Notes under the pieces: generated by a model | What the model was told of the DNA's origin: nothing | Databases searched by the model: none | Seen by the model: the letters and a program-made list of their open reading frames with translations, nothing else | Shown here: in pieces, positions 7,553-16,220 of the stretch | How the letters are laid out: every line of letters starts with the position of its first letter | How positions within the stretch are numbered: the first letter of the stretch is position 1 | Program-made: the position numbers and the translations under genes | Assembly: GCA_031372065.1 (NCBI GenBank) | Contig: JANMKN010000264.1 | Coordinates: 1-25,564 of the forward strand | DNA from: Abditibacteriaceae bacterium | GTDB lineage: Bacteria > Armatimonadota > Abditibacteriia > Abditibacteriales > Abditibacteriaceae | Length of the DNA stretch: 25,564 nt | Reading direction: 5' to 3'

Positions 7553-8389
7553 ATGCCCGAACTTCCCGAAGTCGAAACGGTGCGCGCCCAATTAGAACCC
7601 CAAATTGTTGGCAAGCGCATCCTCCAAACATGGGCGCGACTGCCGCGCCTTACGCAGCCGGATATTCCGACTTTTGTTGCTGCCACGCAAAACCAAAAAA
7701 TCATCGGTGCCTGCCGTCGCGCCAAGCAAATGTATTTTCCGCTGGAAAACGGCCAGCATTTGCTGATTCATCTTGGCATGACAGGCAAATTGCACATCGA
7801 AAAAGCGCCGCACGCATTCGATTCTGCGACGTTGCACAAGCATATTCATGCCGTTTGGCGATTGGACAACGGGCAGCAGCTTGTTTTCACCGATCCGCGC
7901 ACTTTTGGCGCGCTTGCCATTGCCGAAAACCTCGATTTTCTGAATAATTACGGCCCCGAACCGCTGGACGACGACTTCGACGAAGCCGCAATGGTGCAGA
8001 GCCTCGCGCGTCGCAATGTAAAAATTAAAACGGCTTTGCTCGACCAAAAAATCGTCGCCGGACTGGGCAATATCTACGCGGACGAAGTGTGCTTCTTGGC
8101 AAAAGTTCATCCAGCCACCATTGCCAGCATGGTGCCAACAGCGAAAATAAAACTCATTGTGGAAAATATGCGCCCCGTTCTCGAACGCGCCATCAAAGCG
8201 CGCGGGGCAACCTTAAAAGATGGCGGCTATCAGGACACTTTTGGAGAATACGGCGCTTTTATTCCCGCTGTCTATGGCCGCACCGGAGAAACCTGCAATA
8301 ACTGCGGCGCCGTGATTGAGCGCGGCACGCTGGGCGCCGGCAAAAGTGCCCGCAGCTATCATTTTTGCCCACAGTGCCAGAAGTTATGA
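7553..8389 (+). CDS. mutM: Formamidopyrimidine-DNA glycosylase / AP lyase (Fpg)
   Basis: N-terminal MPELPEVE, HLGMTG, DPRTFG, H2TH motif LLDQKIVAGLGNIYADE and a C-terminal zinc finger CNNC...CPQCQ. Confidence 0.97.
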   Translation: MPELPEVETVRAQLEPQIVGKRILQTWARLPRLTQPDIPTFVAATQNQKIIGACRRAKQMYFPLENGQHLLIHLGMTGKLHIEKAPHAFDSATLHKHIHAVWRLDNGQQLVFTDPRTFGALAIAENLDFLNNYGPEPLDDDFDEAAMVQSLARRNVKIKTALLDQKIVAGLGNIYADEVCFLAKVHPATIASMVPTAKIKLIVENMRPVLERAIKARGATLKDGGYQDTFGEYGAFIPAVYGRTGETCNNCGAVIERGTLGAGKSARSYHFCPQCQKL

Positions 8390-8437
8390 ATTGCCTGTTG
8401 ATAGTTAGGAATAGTGCGTTGTTACGCCCAAGACACC

Positions 8438-9454
8438 ATGCCAAACCTGAAAATATTTTTTGTTAGTGCTTGTTTCATTCTCGCAGGTTGTAACACGGAT
8501 GCGCAGGATGCCAGCAAAACTCCTGTGCAAGGCACCAACACGCTGCGACTGCTGCAAACCATTCCGTTGCCCGGCGTCGAAGGCCGCTTCGACCATTTCG
8601 CAGTCGATGTGGCGCGTCAGCGGGTTTTTGTGTCGGCTCTGGGCAACGACACGCTGGAAATCGTTGATTTGCGCACCGGCCAGCGTTTGCACAGCGTCCA
8701 AGGCTTGAAAGAACCGACAGGCGTGGCGTTCGCGCCGGAGCTGAACCGCATTTTCGTGGCAGAAGGCGCAGGCGAACGGTGCCAAATTTTGGACGGCACC
8801 ACCTTCGCCGTCGTGCAGAGCGTGAGCGGCTTGCCCGATGCCGATAATGTGCGCTACGACAGTGCGGCCAAGCAGGTTTACATTGGTTATGGCGACGGCG
8901 CGTTGGCGATTTTGGATGCGGTCAGCGGAAAACGCCTCGGCGACATCAAACTGGCCGGACATCCCGAATCGTTTCAATTGGAAAGCAAAGGCAAGCGCCT
9001 TTTTGTAAATGTGCCCACCGCCGGATATATCGCCGTGATTGACCGCGAAAAGCGCGCTGTGATTGCAACGTGGTCTACCAGAGCCGTCAAAGCGAATTTT
9101 CCGATGGCGTTGGATGAAGTGGGGCACCATCTTTTTGTCGGTTGCCGCGCCCCAGCGCAAGAATTGGTTTTTGATACGATTTCCGGCCAACTCGCCGACA
9201 CGCAACGAATCGGCGGCGATACCGATGATTTATTCTGGGACGCCAAACGAGCGCGCCTTTACGTTTCTTGCGGCGCCGGAGTTGTGAACGTGTTTCAAGT
9301 GCAGGGCAGGCATTGGTCGAAGTTAGCCGATGTTGACACTTCCGCCGGAGCGCGCACTTCTTATTTTGTGCCGGAATTGGATCGTCTTTGCGTCGCGGTG
9401 CCACATCGCGGCGCGCAGGGCGCCGAATTGCGTGTTTTTGCCGTGCAGCCGTAA
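8438..9454 (+). CDS. YncE/YVTN-type beta-propeller lipoprotein (ChrK-like)
   Basis: Lipobox LAGC after the ATG at 8438; GRFDHFAVD, DADNVRYD, GHPESFQLE, NFPMALD, DTDDLFWD and GARTS; repeated ~40-aa blades. Confidence 0.8.
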   Translation: MPNLKIFFVSACFILAGCNTDAQDASKTPVQGTNTLRLLQTIPLPGVEGRFDHFAVDVARQRVFVSALGNDTLEIVDLRTGQRLHSVQGLKEPTGVAFAPELNRIFVAEGAGERCQILDGTTFAVVQSVSGLPDADNVRYDSAAKQVYIGYGDGALAILDAVSGKRLGDIKLAGHPESFQLESKGKRLFVNVPTAGYIAVIDREKRAVIATWSTRAVKANFPMALDEVGHHLFVGCRAPAQELVFDTISGQLADTQRIGGDTDDLFWDAKRARLYVSCGAGVVNVFQVQGRHWSKLADVDTSAGARTSYFVPELDRLCVAVPHRGAQGAELRVFAVQP

Positions 9455-9465
9455 AAGGGAGAATT

Positions 9466-10455
9466 ATGTCCGAGAATCAAGTCAGCCGTCGCGCACTGTT
9501 GCGCTCCGCCGCCGTGCTGGGAGCCGCCGGAAGCCTGAATGTGGCCTTTTCGCAGCCCGCCGCCGCGAAAAGCAAGAAAGCGAAGCCGACACCGCCGCTG
9601 AGCGCCGCTGAAATAGCAGCCATCGAAGCGGCGATTGGCAAAAAAGGCACTTATGTCGAGGCCGAAGGCGTTTACACCGTGCCGCTGCCGCGCAACGACC
9701 TCAATGTGACCATCAAAGGCGAGCCGGTGCCGATTCCTTTTGGCTTTGGCGGTTGGGTCTCCTTCAAGAAAACCGTGGATGGCAAAAGCGCCGTGGTGAT
9801 GGGCGACACCGTTTTGCTGGAAGACGAAATCAACCCGTTGATTTCGGCGGCTCAGGCCAACGGCCTCGAAATCGGCGCGATTCATAATCACTTTTTCTAC
9901 GAGCAGCCGCGCGTGTTTTATATGCACTTGCAGGGCATGGGGCCAGTTGACGATTTAGCGCGACGCTATGCCGCTGCGCTTCAAGGCTCGAAAATCTTTC
10001 CGGCCAATCAACCCGCTGCGGGGCCGCCGCCGACGCGCACAGCGAAGGATATTTTCGACTTGCCCGCTTTGGATGCCATCATCGGCGCGACCGGCAAAGT
10101 CAACGGCGGCGTTTACAAATACACCATTGGCCGCCCCGATTTGCAGGTGATGATGATGGGCGCCGAAATGACGCCCGCCATCGGCTTGAACACTTGGGCC
10201 GCGTTTGCCGGTGAGCCGGACAACGCGCACATCGCGGGCGACGTGGCGATGTTAGCACCCGAAGTCAATCCCGCTATCAAAGCGCTGCGTGCCAACAACA
10301 TCGAAATCGTGGCGGTGCATAGTCATATGCTGGACGAAGAGCCGCGCATTCTCTTTTTGCATTACTACGGGCGCGGCGCGGCCAAAACTCTGGCGCAAGG
10401 CTTCCGCTCCGCGTTAGATGTGCTTGGTAAGCCGCAAATCGGCATGAAAATGTAA
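9466..10455 (+). CDS. Tat-exported DUF1259 (LppY/LpqO, ChrL-like) protein with two His-motif domains
   Basis: AGGGAG SD; twin-arginine signal SRRALL; duplicated domains with IHNHFFYEQPRVFYMH and VHSHMLDEEPRILFLH. Confidence 0.85.
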   Translation: MSENQVSRRALLRSAAVLGAAGSLNVAFSQPAAAKSKKAKPTPPLSAAEIAAIEAAIGKKGTYVEAEGVYTVPLPRNDLNVTIKGEPVPIPFGFGGWVSFKKTVDGKSAVVMGDTVLLEDEINPLISAAQANGLEIGAIHNHFFYEQPRVFYMHLQGMGPVDDLARRYAAALQGSKIFPANQPAAGPPPTRTAKDIFDLPALDAIIGATGKVNGGVYKYTIGRPDLQVMMMGAEMTPAIGLNTWAAFAGEPDNAHIAGDVAMLAPEVNPAIKALRANNIEIVAVHSHMLDEEPRILFLHYYGRGAAKTLAQGFRSALDVLGKPQIGMKM

Positions 10456-10483
10456 CCGTTGAAAGGGCTACAAGAGAATTTTC

Positions 10484-11557
10484 ATGTGTGACGACAAAAA
10501 GACAAGGTTCCCTGCCGGAGTGGGAGTGGCTTTCGCGGCGGCGGCGCTTTTCGGGGCCAGCACGCCGCTCTCGAAGCTGCTTTTAGGGCAAATGTCGCCG
10601 ATTTTGCTGGCTGGATTGCTTTATTTGGGTTCGGGAATCGGATTATCGCTCGTGCGATTAGTCATGCGAACCGGAAAAACGACGCAGGATGGCGAAGCCA
10701 ATCTGCCGCGTTCGCAGTGGCCGTGGCTGGCCGGTGCGGTGCTTTTTGGCGGCGCGCTTGGCCCGGTTTTGCTGATGCGGGGACTGAGCACAACTCCGGC
10801 GGCATCGGCTTCTTTGCTGCTCAACCTTGAAGGCGTTTTTACGGCGCTTCTGGCGTGGTTTGTCTTCCACGAAAATTTTGATACCCGCATTGCGCTCGGC
10901 ATGGCTGCTATTGTCGCCGGTGGCGTGCTTCTCGGATGGCAGCCGGGTGCCGGTCTGGTGGTGTCAACAGGCGCGCTTTTCGTCGCGGGAGCTTGTCTGT
11001 GTTGGGGGGTTGATAACAATCTGACTCAGAAAGTTTCGTCCAGCGACCCTTTTCAAATCGCCGCTATAAAAGGCTTAGTTGCGGGCAGCGTCAACCTCAC
11101 TATCGCGCTGGCGATGGGCGCGGTGCTGCCTTCGGCGCTGATTACGGCAGAGGCGTTGGTCGTCGGCTTTTTCGGCTATGGTTTAAGCCTCGCTTGCTTT
11201 GTTTTGGCGCTCCGTCACATCGGCACGGCGCGCACTGGAGCCTACTTTTCGCTGGCACCTTTTGTGGGCGCGGGCGTGTCGCTGCTTTTGCTGCACGAAG
11301 GCGTCGGCGCGCTTTTCTACGGTGCAGCAGCTTTGATGGCGCTTGGCGTTTATTTGCATTTGACCGAGCGCCACGAACACGAGCATCATCATGAAGAATT
11401 AAAACATTCGCATCGCCATGTTCACGATGAGCATCATCAGCACAAGCACGCGCCCGGTGTTGACCCTTCCGAGCCGCACACGCACGAACATATCCACGAG
11501 CCAATGACGCATTCGCACCCGCATTTCCCCGATATTCATCATCGCCACGCTCATTGA
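10484..11557 (+). CDS. EamA/DMT-family transporter with a His-rich C-terminal tail (CnrT-like)
   Basis: About 10 TM helices; LFGASTPLSK, ASLLLNLE, WGVDNNLT and GTARTGAYF; the last 61 aa contain 24 His. Confidence 0.88.
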   Translation: MCDDKKTRFPAGVGVAFAAAALFGASTPLSKLLLGQMSPILLAGLLYLGSGIGLSLVRLVMRTGKTTQDGEANLPRSQWPWLAGAVLFGGALGPVLLMRGLSTTPAASASLLLNLEGVFTALLAWFVFHENFDTRIALGMAAIVAGGVLLGWQPGAGLVVSTGALFVAGACLCWGVDNNLTQKVSSSDPFQIAAIKGLVAGSVNLTIALAMGAVLPSALITAEALVVGFFGYGLSLACFVLALRHIGTARTGAYFSLAPFVGAGVSLLLLHEGVGALFYGAAALMALGVYLHLTERHEHEHHHEELKHSHRHVHDEHHQHKHAPGVDPSEPHTHEHIHEPMTHSHPHFPDIHHRHAH

Positions 11558-11563
11558 GAACCT

Positions 11564-12739
11564 ATGACTAACGCGCCCGACGCGGACGTTCCCTCAACGG
11601 AAATTTGCACGTTGCGCCAATTGTTGTTGTATTTTCTGCGATTGGGCACGCTCGGTTTTGGTGGCCCGATTGCCCTGGTTGGTTATATGCAGCGCGATTT
11701 GGTCGAGGAACGCCAGTGGGTGTCGAAGCAGGATTTCACCGAAGGTTTAGCGTTGGCGCAACTCGCGCCGGGGCCTCTGGCGGCACAATTGGCGATTTAT
11801 CTGGGCTGGATTCGCGCTGGTGTGTTGGGCGCCACCTTAGTCAGTTTCGCTTTCATTTTGCCGTCATTCTTGATGGTGCTGGCGCTTTCCTTCTTTTATT
11901 TGCGCTTTGGCGGCCTGCCGTGGATGCAAGGCGCATTTTATGGCATCGGCGCGGCGGTCATCGCGATTATTGGGCGCAGCGCTTGGAAGTTGGTGCGGTC
12001 TACGGTTGAAAAAGACCGCGTGCAATGGCCGTCGTTTTTTATTTGTGCCATCGTGACGGCTTGGACAGAATCGGAATTTGTATGGCTCTTTTTTTTGTGC
12101 GGACTGGCGACGTTGATGGTGAAAACGAAGTGGCGTCCGCGCCTAAGCGCGCAAATGCTCTTGCCGTGGCCGCTGTGGTTTTCGACGGGCTTGCAAAACG
12201 CGGCGCCGCCGGAACTGATTTGGAAAGTTGGATTATATTTCGCGCAAGCCGGAGCGTGCGTTTTCGGCAGCGGTCTGGCGATTGTGCCGTTTTTGCACGG
12301 CGGCGTGGTAAATGAATTTCACTGGCTGACCGAGCAGCAGTTTCTGGACGCGGTAGCCGTCGCGATGGTGACGCCGGGGCCGGTTGTGATAACCGTCGCC
12401 TTCATCGGCTATTTAGTGGCCGGGCCGCTGGGCGCAACGGTGGCAGCCATCGGCGTGTTTTTGCCGTGCTATCTTTTCGTGATTATCCCAGCCAACTATT
12501 TCCGTCGTTCGGCACAAAGTCCCAAAGTCAAAGCGTTTATCGAAGGCGTAACCGCTGCGGCCACAGGCGCCATCGTCGGTGCCGCTTTTGTCCTCGGACG
12601 CCGCGCCATTTTCGATGTGCCAACCATTGCTATCGCTTTGGCGACGCTTTTCGCCCTCACCAAAATGCGCAAAATTCCAGAGCCAATAATTATTCTCGCA
12701 GCGGGCCTAATTGGGGTTGTTTTTAGAAGTTTTCGCTGA
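11564..12739 (+). CDS. chrA: Chromate efflux transporter, CHR family (long, two-domain form)
   Basis: FLRLGTLGFGGP, LAQLAPGP and AFILPS in domain 1; VFGSG, QFLDAVAVAMVTPGP and FLP in domain 2. Confidence 0.93.
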   Translation: MTNAPDADVPSTEICTLRQLLLYFLRLGTLGFGGPIALVGYMQRDLVEERQWVSKQDFTEGLALAQLAPGPLAAQLAIYLGWIRAGVLGATLVSFAFILPSFLMVLALSFFYLRFGGLPWMQGAFYGIGAAVIAIIGRSAWKLVRSTVEKDRVQWPSFFICAIVTAWTESEFVWLFFLCGLATLMVKTKWRPRLSAQMLLPWPLWFSTGLQNAAPPELIWKVGLYFAQAGACVFGSGLAIVPFLHGGVVNEFHWLTEQQFLDAVAVAMVTPGPVVITVAFIGYLVAGPLGATVAAIGVFLPCYLFVIIPANYFRRSAQSPKVKAFIEGVTAAATGAIVGAAFVLGRRAIFDVPTIAIALATLFALTKMRKIPEPIIILAAGLIGVVFRSFR

Positions 12740-12779
12740 AAAACGCGATAAATGCCGTGCAATTGCCTCTCAATTCTCT

Positions 12780-12989
12780 GCAAAAGCTACTTCGGAGCGC
12801 GCAAAAGGCATTTAGGCGTGTGCAATGACGACTTAGGACTCTGCAAAAGGCATTTAGGAGCTTGCAATGACGACTTAGGAGCTTGCAAAAGCCATTTAGG
12901 ACTCTGCAAAAGCCACTTAGGAGCGTGCAAAAGGCATTTAGAAGCGCGCGATAGGCCCTTCGGAGCGCGCAAAAGGCGCTTCGGAGCTT
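12780..12989. repeat. 21-bp tandem array, 10 imperfect units (consensus GCAAAAG-GCAYTTA-GGAGCKY)
   Basis: Units recur every 21 bp from 12780 to 12969, e.g. GCAAAAGGCATTTAGGAGCTT, GCAATGACGACTTAGGACTCT and GCAAAAGCCACTTAGGAGCGT. The array lies between the convergent chrA and prfA 3' ends. Confidence 0.95.
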
Positions 12990-13006
12990 GTAAGACGCGC
13001 GGATTT

Positions 13007-14071
13007 TTACTCGTTGCGATCAACCATCAAAGCGGCTTCGCGGCGCGATTGCACAAGGGCAGCGATTAAATCATCAAGGCGGCCTTGCATGATTTGGTCG
13101 AGGTTGTTGCTTTTGAAGTTGATGCGATGATCGGCGAGGCGGTTTTCGGGGAAGTTGTATGTGCGAATTTTATCGCTGCGGTCACCGCTTTTGACTTGCG
13201 CGCGGCGCACGCTGTCACGTTCGCTGGATTGACGTTCGCGTTCGGCTTCGTAAAGGCGCGAGCGCAAAACGCGCATGGCTTTTTCTTTGTTTTGGCGCAA
13301 ACTGCGCTCGTCCTGACAAGTCACGACAAGGCCGCTGGGCTTGTGAATCAATCGCACGGCGGTTTCGTTTTTCTGCACGCTTTGGCCGCCCGCGCCGGAA
13401 GAGCGCATGGTTTCGACTTCGATATCGTCGTCTTTGAGTTCGACATCCACTTCTTCGGCTTCGGGCAAAACGGCGACGCTGGCGGCGCTGGTGTGAACGC
13501 GGCCTTTTTGCTCTGTCGCGGGCACACGTTGCACGCGATGCACGCCGCTTTCGCCTTGCAAGGCTTCCCACGCGCCTTTGCCATCCACGCCGAAAACGAT
13601 TTCTTTAATGCCGCCCATTTCGGCTTCGGAAAGCGAAATCGGCTCGATTTTCCAGCCGCGCACTTCGGCGTAGCGCGTATACATTCGATACAAATCGCCC
13701 GCCCACAAAGCCGCTTCTTCGCCGCCGCTGCCTTGACGGATTTCAATAATCACGCCGCGATCGGCATCTTCATCTTTGGGCATGAGCGAATCGGTTAATT
13801 CCGTGGTTTTCGCTTCGATTTGTGGCCCTAACTCTTCAATTTCCATTTGGGCCAATTCGCCAATTTCGGGATCGCTTAAAGATTCTTTGGCTTCGGCTAA
13901 CTTTGCTTCGAGCGCTTCGATTTCGCGCGCTAATTTGGCGACCGGCTCAAGGCGTGTGCGTTCCTTGGCAATGCGCACCATTACGCTGTTATCGGACAGC
14001 ACTTCGGGGTCGGATAATTGATCTGTCAGTTGGTCAAATCGGGCGGCTAAAACTTTGGCTTTTTCGAGCAT
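13007..14071 (-). CDS. prfA: Peptide chain release factor 1
   Basis: RF1 PxT motif in [13 protein letters not shown] motif in [21 protein letters not shown] and [13 protein letters not shown]. The ATG at 14071 gives 354 aa. Confidence 0.97.
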   Translation of the reverse strand: MLEKAKVLAARFDQLTDQLSDPEVLSDNSVMVRIAKERTRLEPVAKLAREIEALEAKLAEAKESLSDPEIGELAQMEIEELGPQIEAKTTELTDSLMPKDEDADRGVIIEIRQGSGGEEAALWAGDLYRMYTRYAEVRGWKIEPISLSEAEMGGIKEIVFGVDGKGAWEALQGESGVHRVQRVPATEQKGRVHTSAASVAVLPEAEEVDVELKDDDIEVETMRSSGAGGQSVQKNETAVRLIHKPSGLVVTCQDERSLRQNKEKAMRVLRSRLYEAERERQSSERDSVRRAQVKSGDRSDKIRTYNFPENRLADHRINFKSNNLDQIMQGRLDDLIAALVQSRREAALMVDRNE

Positions 14072-14126
14072 GAGGATTTTTGTTTTGACTAAACAAGCGC
14101 GGGAGAAAATTCGGTTAAAAAGAGTA

Positions 14127-14300
14127 TGCCATTCCGAGCGGAGTGAGGCGGCGCAACACGATTTCATGGCGTTGTGTTACGCAGTCGAGGAATTTCTCAT
14201 GTGGCCCGGTTGAAAATAGATTTCTCGATCCTGCCCACAAGTGGGCATCCGTTTTTCGCATAACCCCGTTGAAGGGGCGCGCCCGCTGGATGGAATCAGC
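14127..14300. repeat. Degenerate palindromic repeat element with nested hairpins
   Basis: Starts GCCATTCCGAGCGGAGT; inverted pair TCGAGGAATTT (14185-14195) / AGATTTCTCGA (14218-14228); internal hairpins at ~14153-14179 and 14231-14251; GGAAT near the right end. Confidence 0.5.
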
Positions 14301-14333
14301 AAGCGAATCTTTGGCATTGGGTCTTCTCCCTTT

Positions 14334-16220
14334 TTAACGTGTCAGGGTTGGATTGAGCCACAGGCCCCAATCGGAACTGGCGGTATTGCCACCGTCTTCG
14401 ACGCGCATTTCGAGCGTTTTCGCGTCTTTCACGACCAAATCGAAGGGCGCGGTTTCGCCTTCACGCAGCAGTTTGCTGCGCCATAATTCTTTGCCGTCAC
14501 CGATGACCACAAAAACGACGCTGCCGTCTTTGCCTTCAGCAACGCCCGCCCTGCCACTCAAGCGATGCCATTGGCCGTCTAAATCGTAAACGTGGTGCGC
14601 CGGGGCGTGCGCGTAGATGCCGCGCGCGTAAAATTGGCCGTCAGCGATGAGGAGTGGGTTATTGTCTTCGAAAGGCAAGCGATTGTAGGTTGGTTTTAGC
14701 CAGCCGACACGCGCTTCGCGCGGTTTAGCGTCCGATAGAAACAGCGTGGCGCTTTTGGTTTCGGCAGGCGAGGTTTTGGTTGTTTCCTCAAAATTCGCCA
14801 GTTGCACTTGCGCGATTTCTAACAAATGAGCGGGCGCGTTTTGCGCTTGGAGAGTTTGCCGTGCCGCTTCAACAGCGTCGCGTTTTTCCGACAAAACAGC
14901 GGCGGCTAAGGGTGCTAATTGCTGCTGTGTGTTCCATGAATCCAAATTAACGGTGCCATCCGGCGCAACAGCGTAAGGATATTTTTGCTTCTCGGCTTCC
15001 GCGCTGTTCCACGAACTGGCGGCGCCGTTGGCTTGCAGCGCCACGACGCGCAAAACGCCACGGATGCCTTTGGACAGCGCGCTGCTTTCCAGCGTAAAAC
15101 GCCCGTCTTTGTCGGGAATGGCGGTGGCAGTCGTCGCGTCGTAGTCGCTGCCACCAGCGGGGTCGAAATAGCCAATCACTCCATAAACCGGCGGGTTGGC
15201 CGTTACGCGCGCCGAATAAGTGATGCTTTTGCCATCGGTGACATATTTCACGTCGCTCAGTTGAGCGTTGGCTTCGCCATCGAAGCCTTTAATCGATCCG
15301 CAAAAACTGGGATGCGAAGCCAAACGCAGCGCGTCGGCGAAAGTGAGGAACGAGCCTTTGCCTTTGCTTTCGTGAACTTCGACCGTGCGTAATTCATCGC
15401 CGTAAGTGCGATTGCCCGAACCCATTAAAGACTTGCCCCACGCTTCCTGATCGGGCCGTTCTTTGTTGTGCGGCAGCGACAGCGCGTGGCCCAGTTCGTG
15501 GGCGATGCCGCCGATGAAAATAGAATTGTAACGGCCCAGCGTGATAAAGCCGTATTCGTTGTTTCGCACTTTGGCGGCGTCTGAAACATCAAGCAGGCCA
15601 TCAAGAAACAAAACCGCAGAATCCAATTGCACCGCAGAGCCGCGCCGCGTGGTGCCTTCGCCGTTGTAGGGGAAATCGCCGCCCATAGTGCGCGCGTTCT
15701 CGTCCCAATCCACCAAGTTGGCAAAGATAAGAATCGTTTCTTTGTCAGAGTCAATACCGGCTTTTTGCAGGGCGACAGCGGCGTCTTTGCGGAGGTCGTT
15801 GCCGCTTTGTCTACCGTATTTATCGCGCGTTTTGCTGCCCTGCGCCATGAAAAGTTCCAGCAAACCGTCGGCGTCTTTTTTTAACCCAAAAGTGCGCGGC
15901 CCAAAGCCGTTGCGCTCCATTTCACGCGCGAAAAACGCTTGAATATCAAGCATGATTTTTGACAAGCGTTCGCGGCTTTGCGGCAACGGTTCACGACCTT
16001 GCGGCACCCAGTAAACGAGGCGAATGAACCGTTCGCCGCGCACCGAATTTTGCGTTTGCCAACCATCAAGAATGGCACGCGAGGCGGGCGCTTGCGCGGC
16101 AATTTCTTGTCCGGCAGGCGCGGCGTCGTTCGAGCGCAGCGGCCATTGGATTTTGGCATTTTGCGCGCTGGCGGCGTGAAAAATTGCTGGCAGCAACACA
16201 CAGCAGAAAAGTTTTTTCAT
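14334..16220 (-). CDS. Secreted metzincin-type zinc metallopeptidase with a C-terminal NPCBM/NEW2 carbohydrate-binding domain
   Basis: Signal peptide; HELGHALSLPH followed by Met-turn SLMGSG; C-terminal 'FLSDAKP..RVGW..RGIYAHAP..YDLDG..GSVVFVVIGDGKELW..DWGLWLNPTL'. ATGA overlap with the upstream gene. Confidence 0.85.
   Translation of the reverse strand: MKKLFCCVLLPAIFHAASAQNAKIQWPLRSNDAAPAGQEIAAQAPASRAILDGWQTQNSVRGERFIRLVYWVPQGREPLPQSRERLSKIMLDIQAFFAREMERNGFGPRTFGLKKDADGLLELFMAQGSKTRDKYGRQSGNDLRKDAAVALQKAGIDSDKETILIFANLVDWDENARTMGGDFPYNGEGTTRRGSAVQLDSAVLFLDGLLDVSDAAKVRNNEYGFITLGRYNSIFIGGIAHELGHALSLPHNKERPDQEAWGKSLMGSGNRTYGDELRTVEVHESKGKGSFLTFADALRLASHPSFCGSIKGFDGEANAQLSDVKYVTDGKSITYSARVTANPPVYGVIGYFDPAGGSDYDATTATAIPDKDGRFTLESSALSKGIRGVLRVVALQANGAASSWNSAEAEKQKYPYAVAPDGTVNLDSWNTQQQLAPLAAAVLSEKRDAVEAARQTLQAQNAPAHLLEIAQVQLANFEETTKTSPAETKSATLFLSDAKPREARVGWLKPTYNRLPFEDNNPLLIADGQFYARGIYAHAPAHHVYDLDGQWHRLSGRAGVAEGKDGSVVFVVIGDGKELWRSKLLREGETAPFDLVVKDAKTLEMRVEDGGNTASSDWGLWLNPTLTR

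Noticed and set aside
12780..12989. CRISPR array
   Set aside because: A pure tandem minisatellite whose variable parts recur between units; no spacers.
12787..13023. Minus-strand LQAPKxx heptad ORF
   Set aside because: A by-product of the 21-bp array; it starts inside prfA without an SD.
13085..13798. Long antisense ORFs (e.g. 13085..13798, 8405..9205, 5095..5733, 20479..21240, 23874..24647)
   Set aside because: Shadow frames opposite well-supported genes, as expected from codon bias at this GC content.
13007..14071. prfB (RF2) with a programmed frameshift
   Set aside because: It has the PAT (RF1) motif rather than SPF, and the frame is continuous.
14072..14167. N-terminal extensions in the ORF track for prfA (also rpmE 17609-17839, DUF1385 17196-17354, DUF1259 9388-9465, sulfatase 23556-23723)
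   Set aside because: Downstream ATGs fit family length, signal peptides or SD sites, while the extensions cross repeats, terminators or neighbouring genes.
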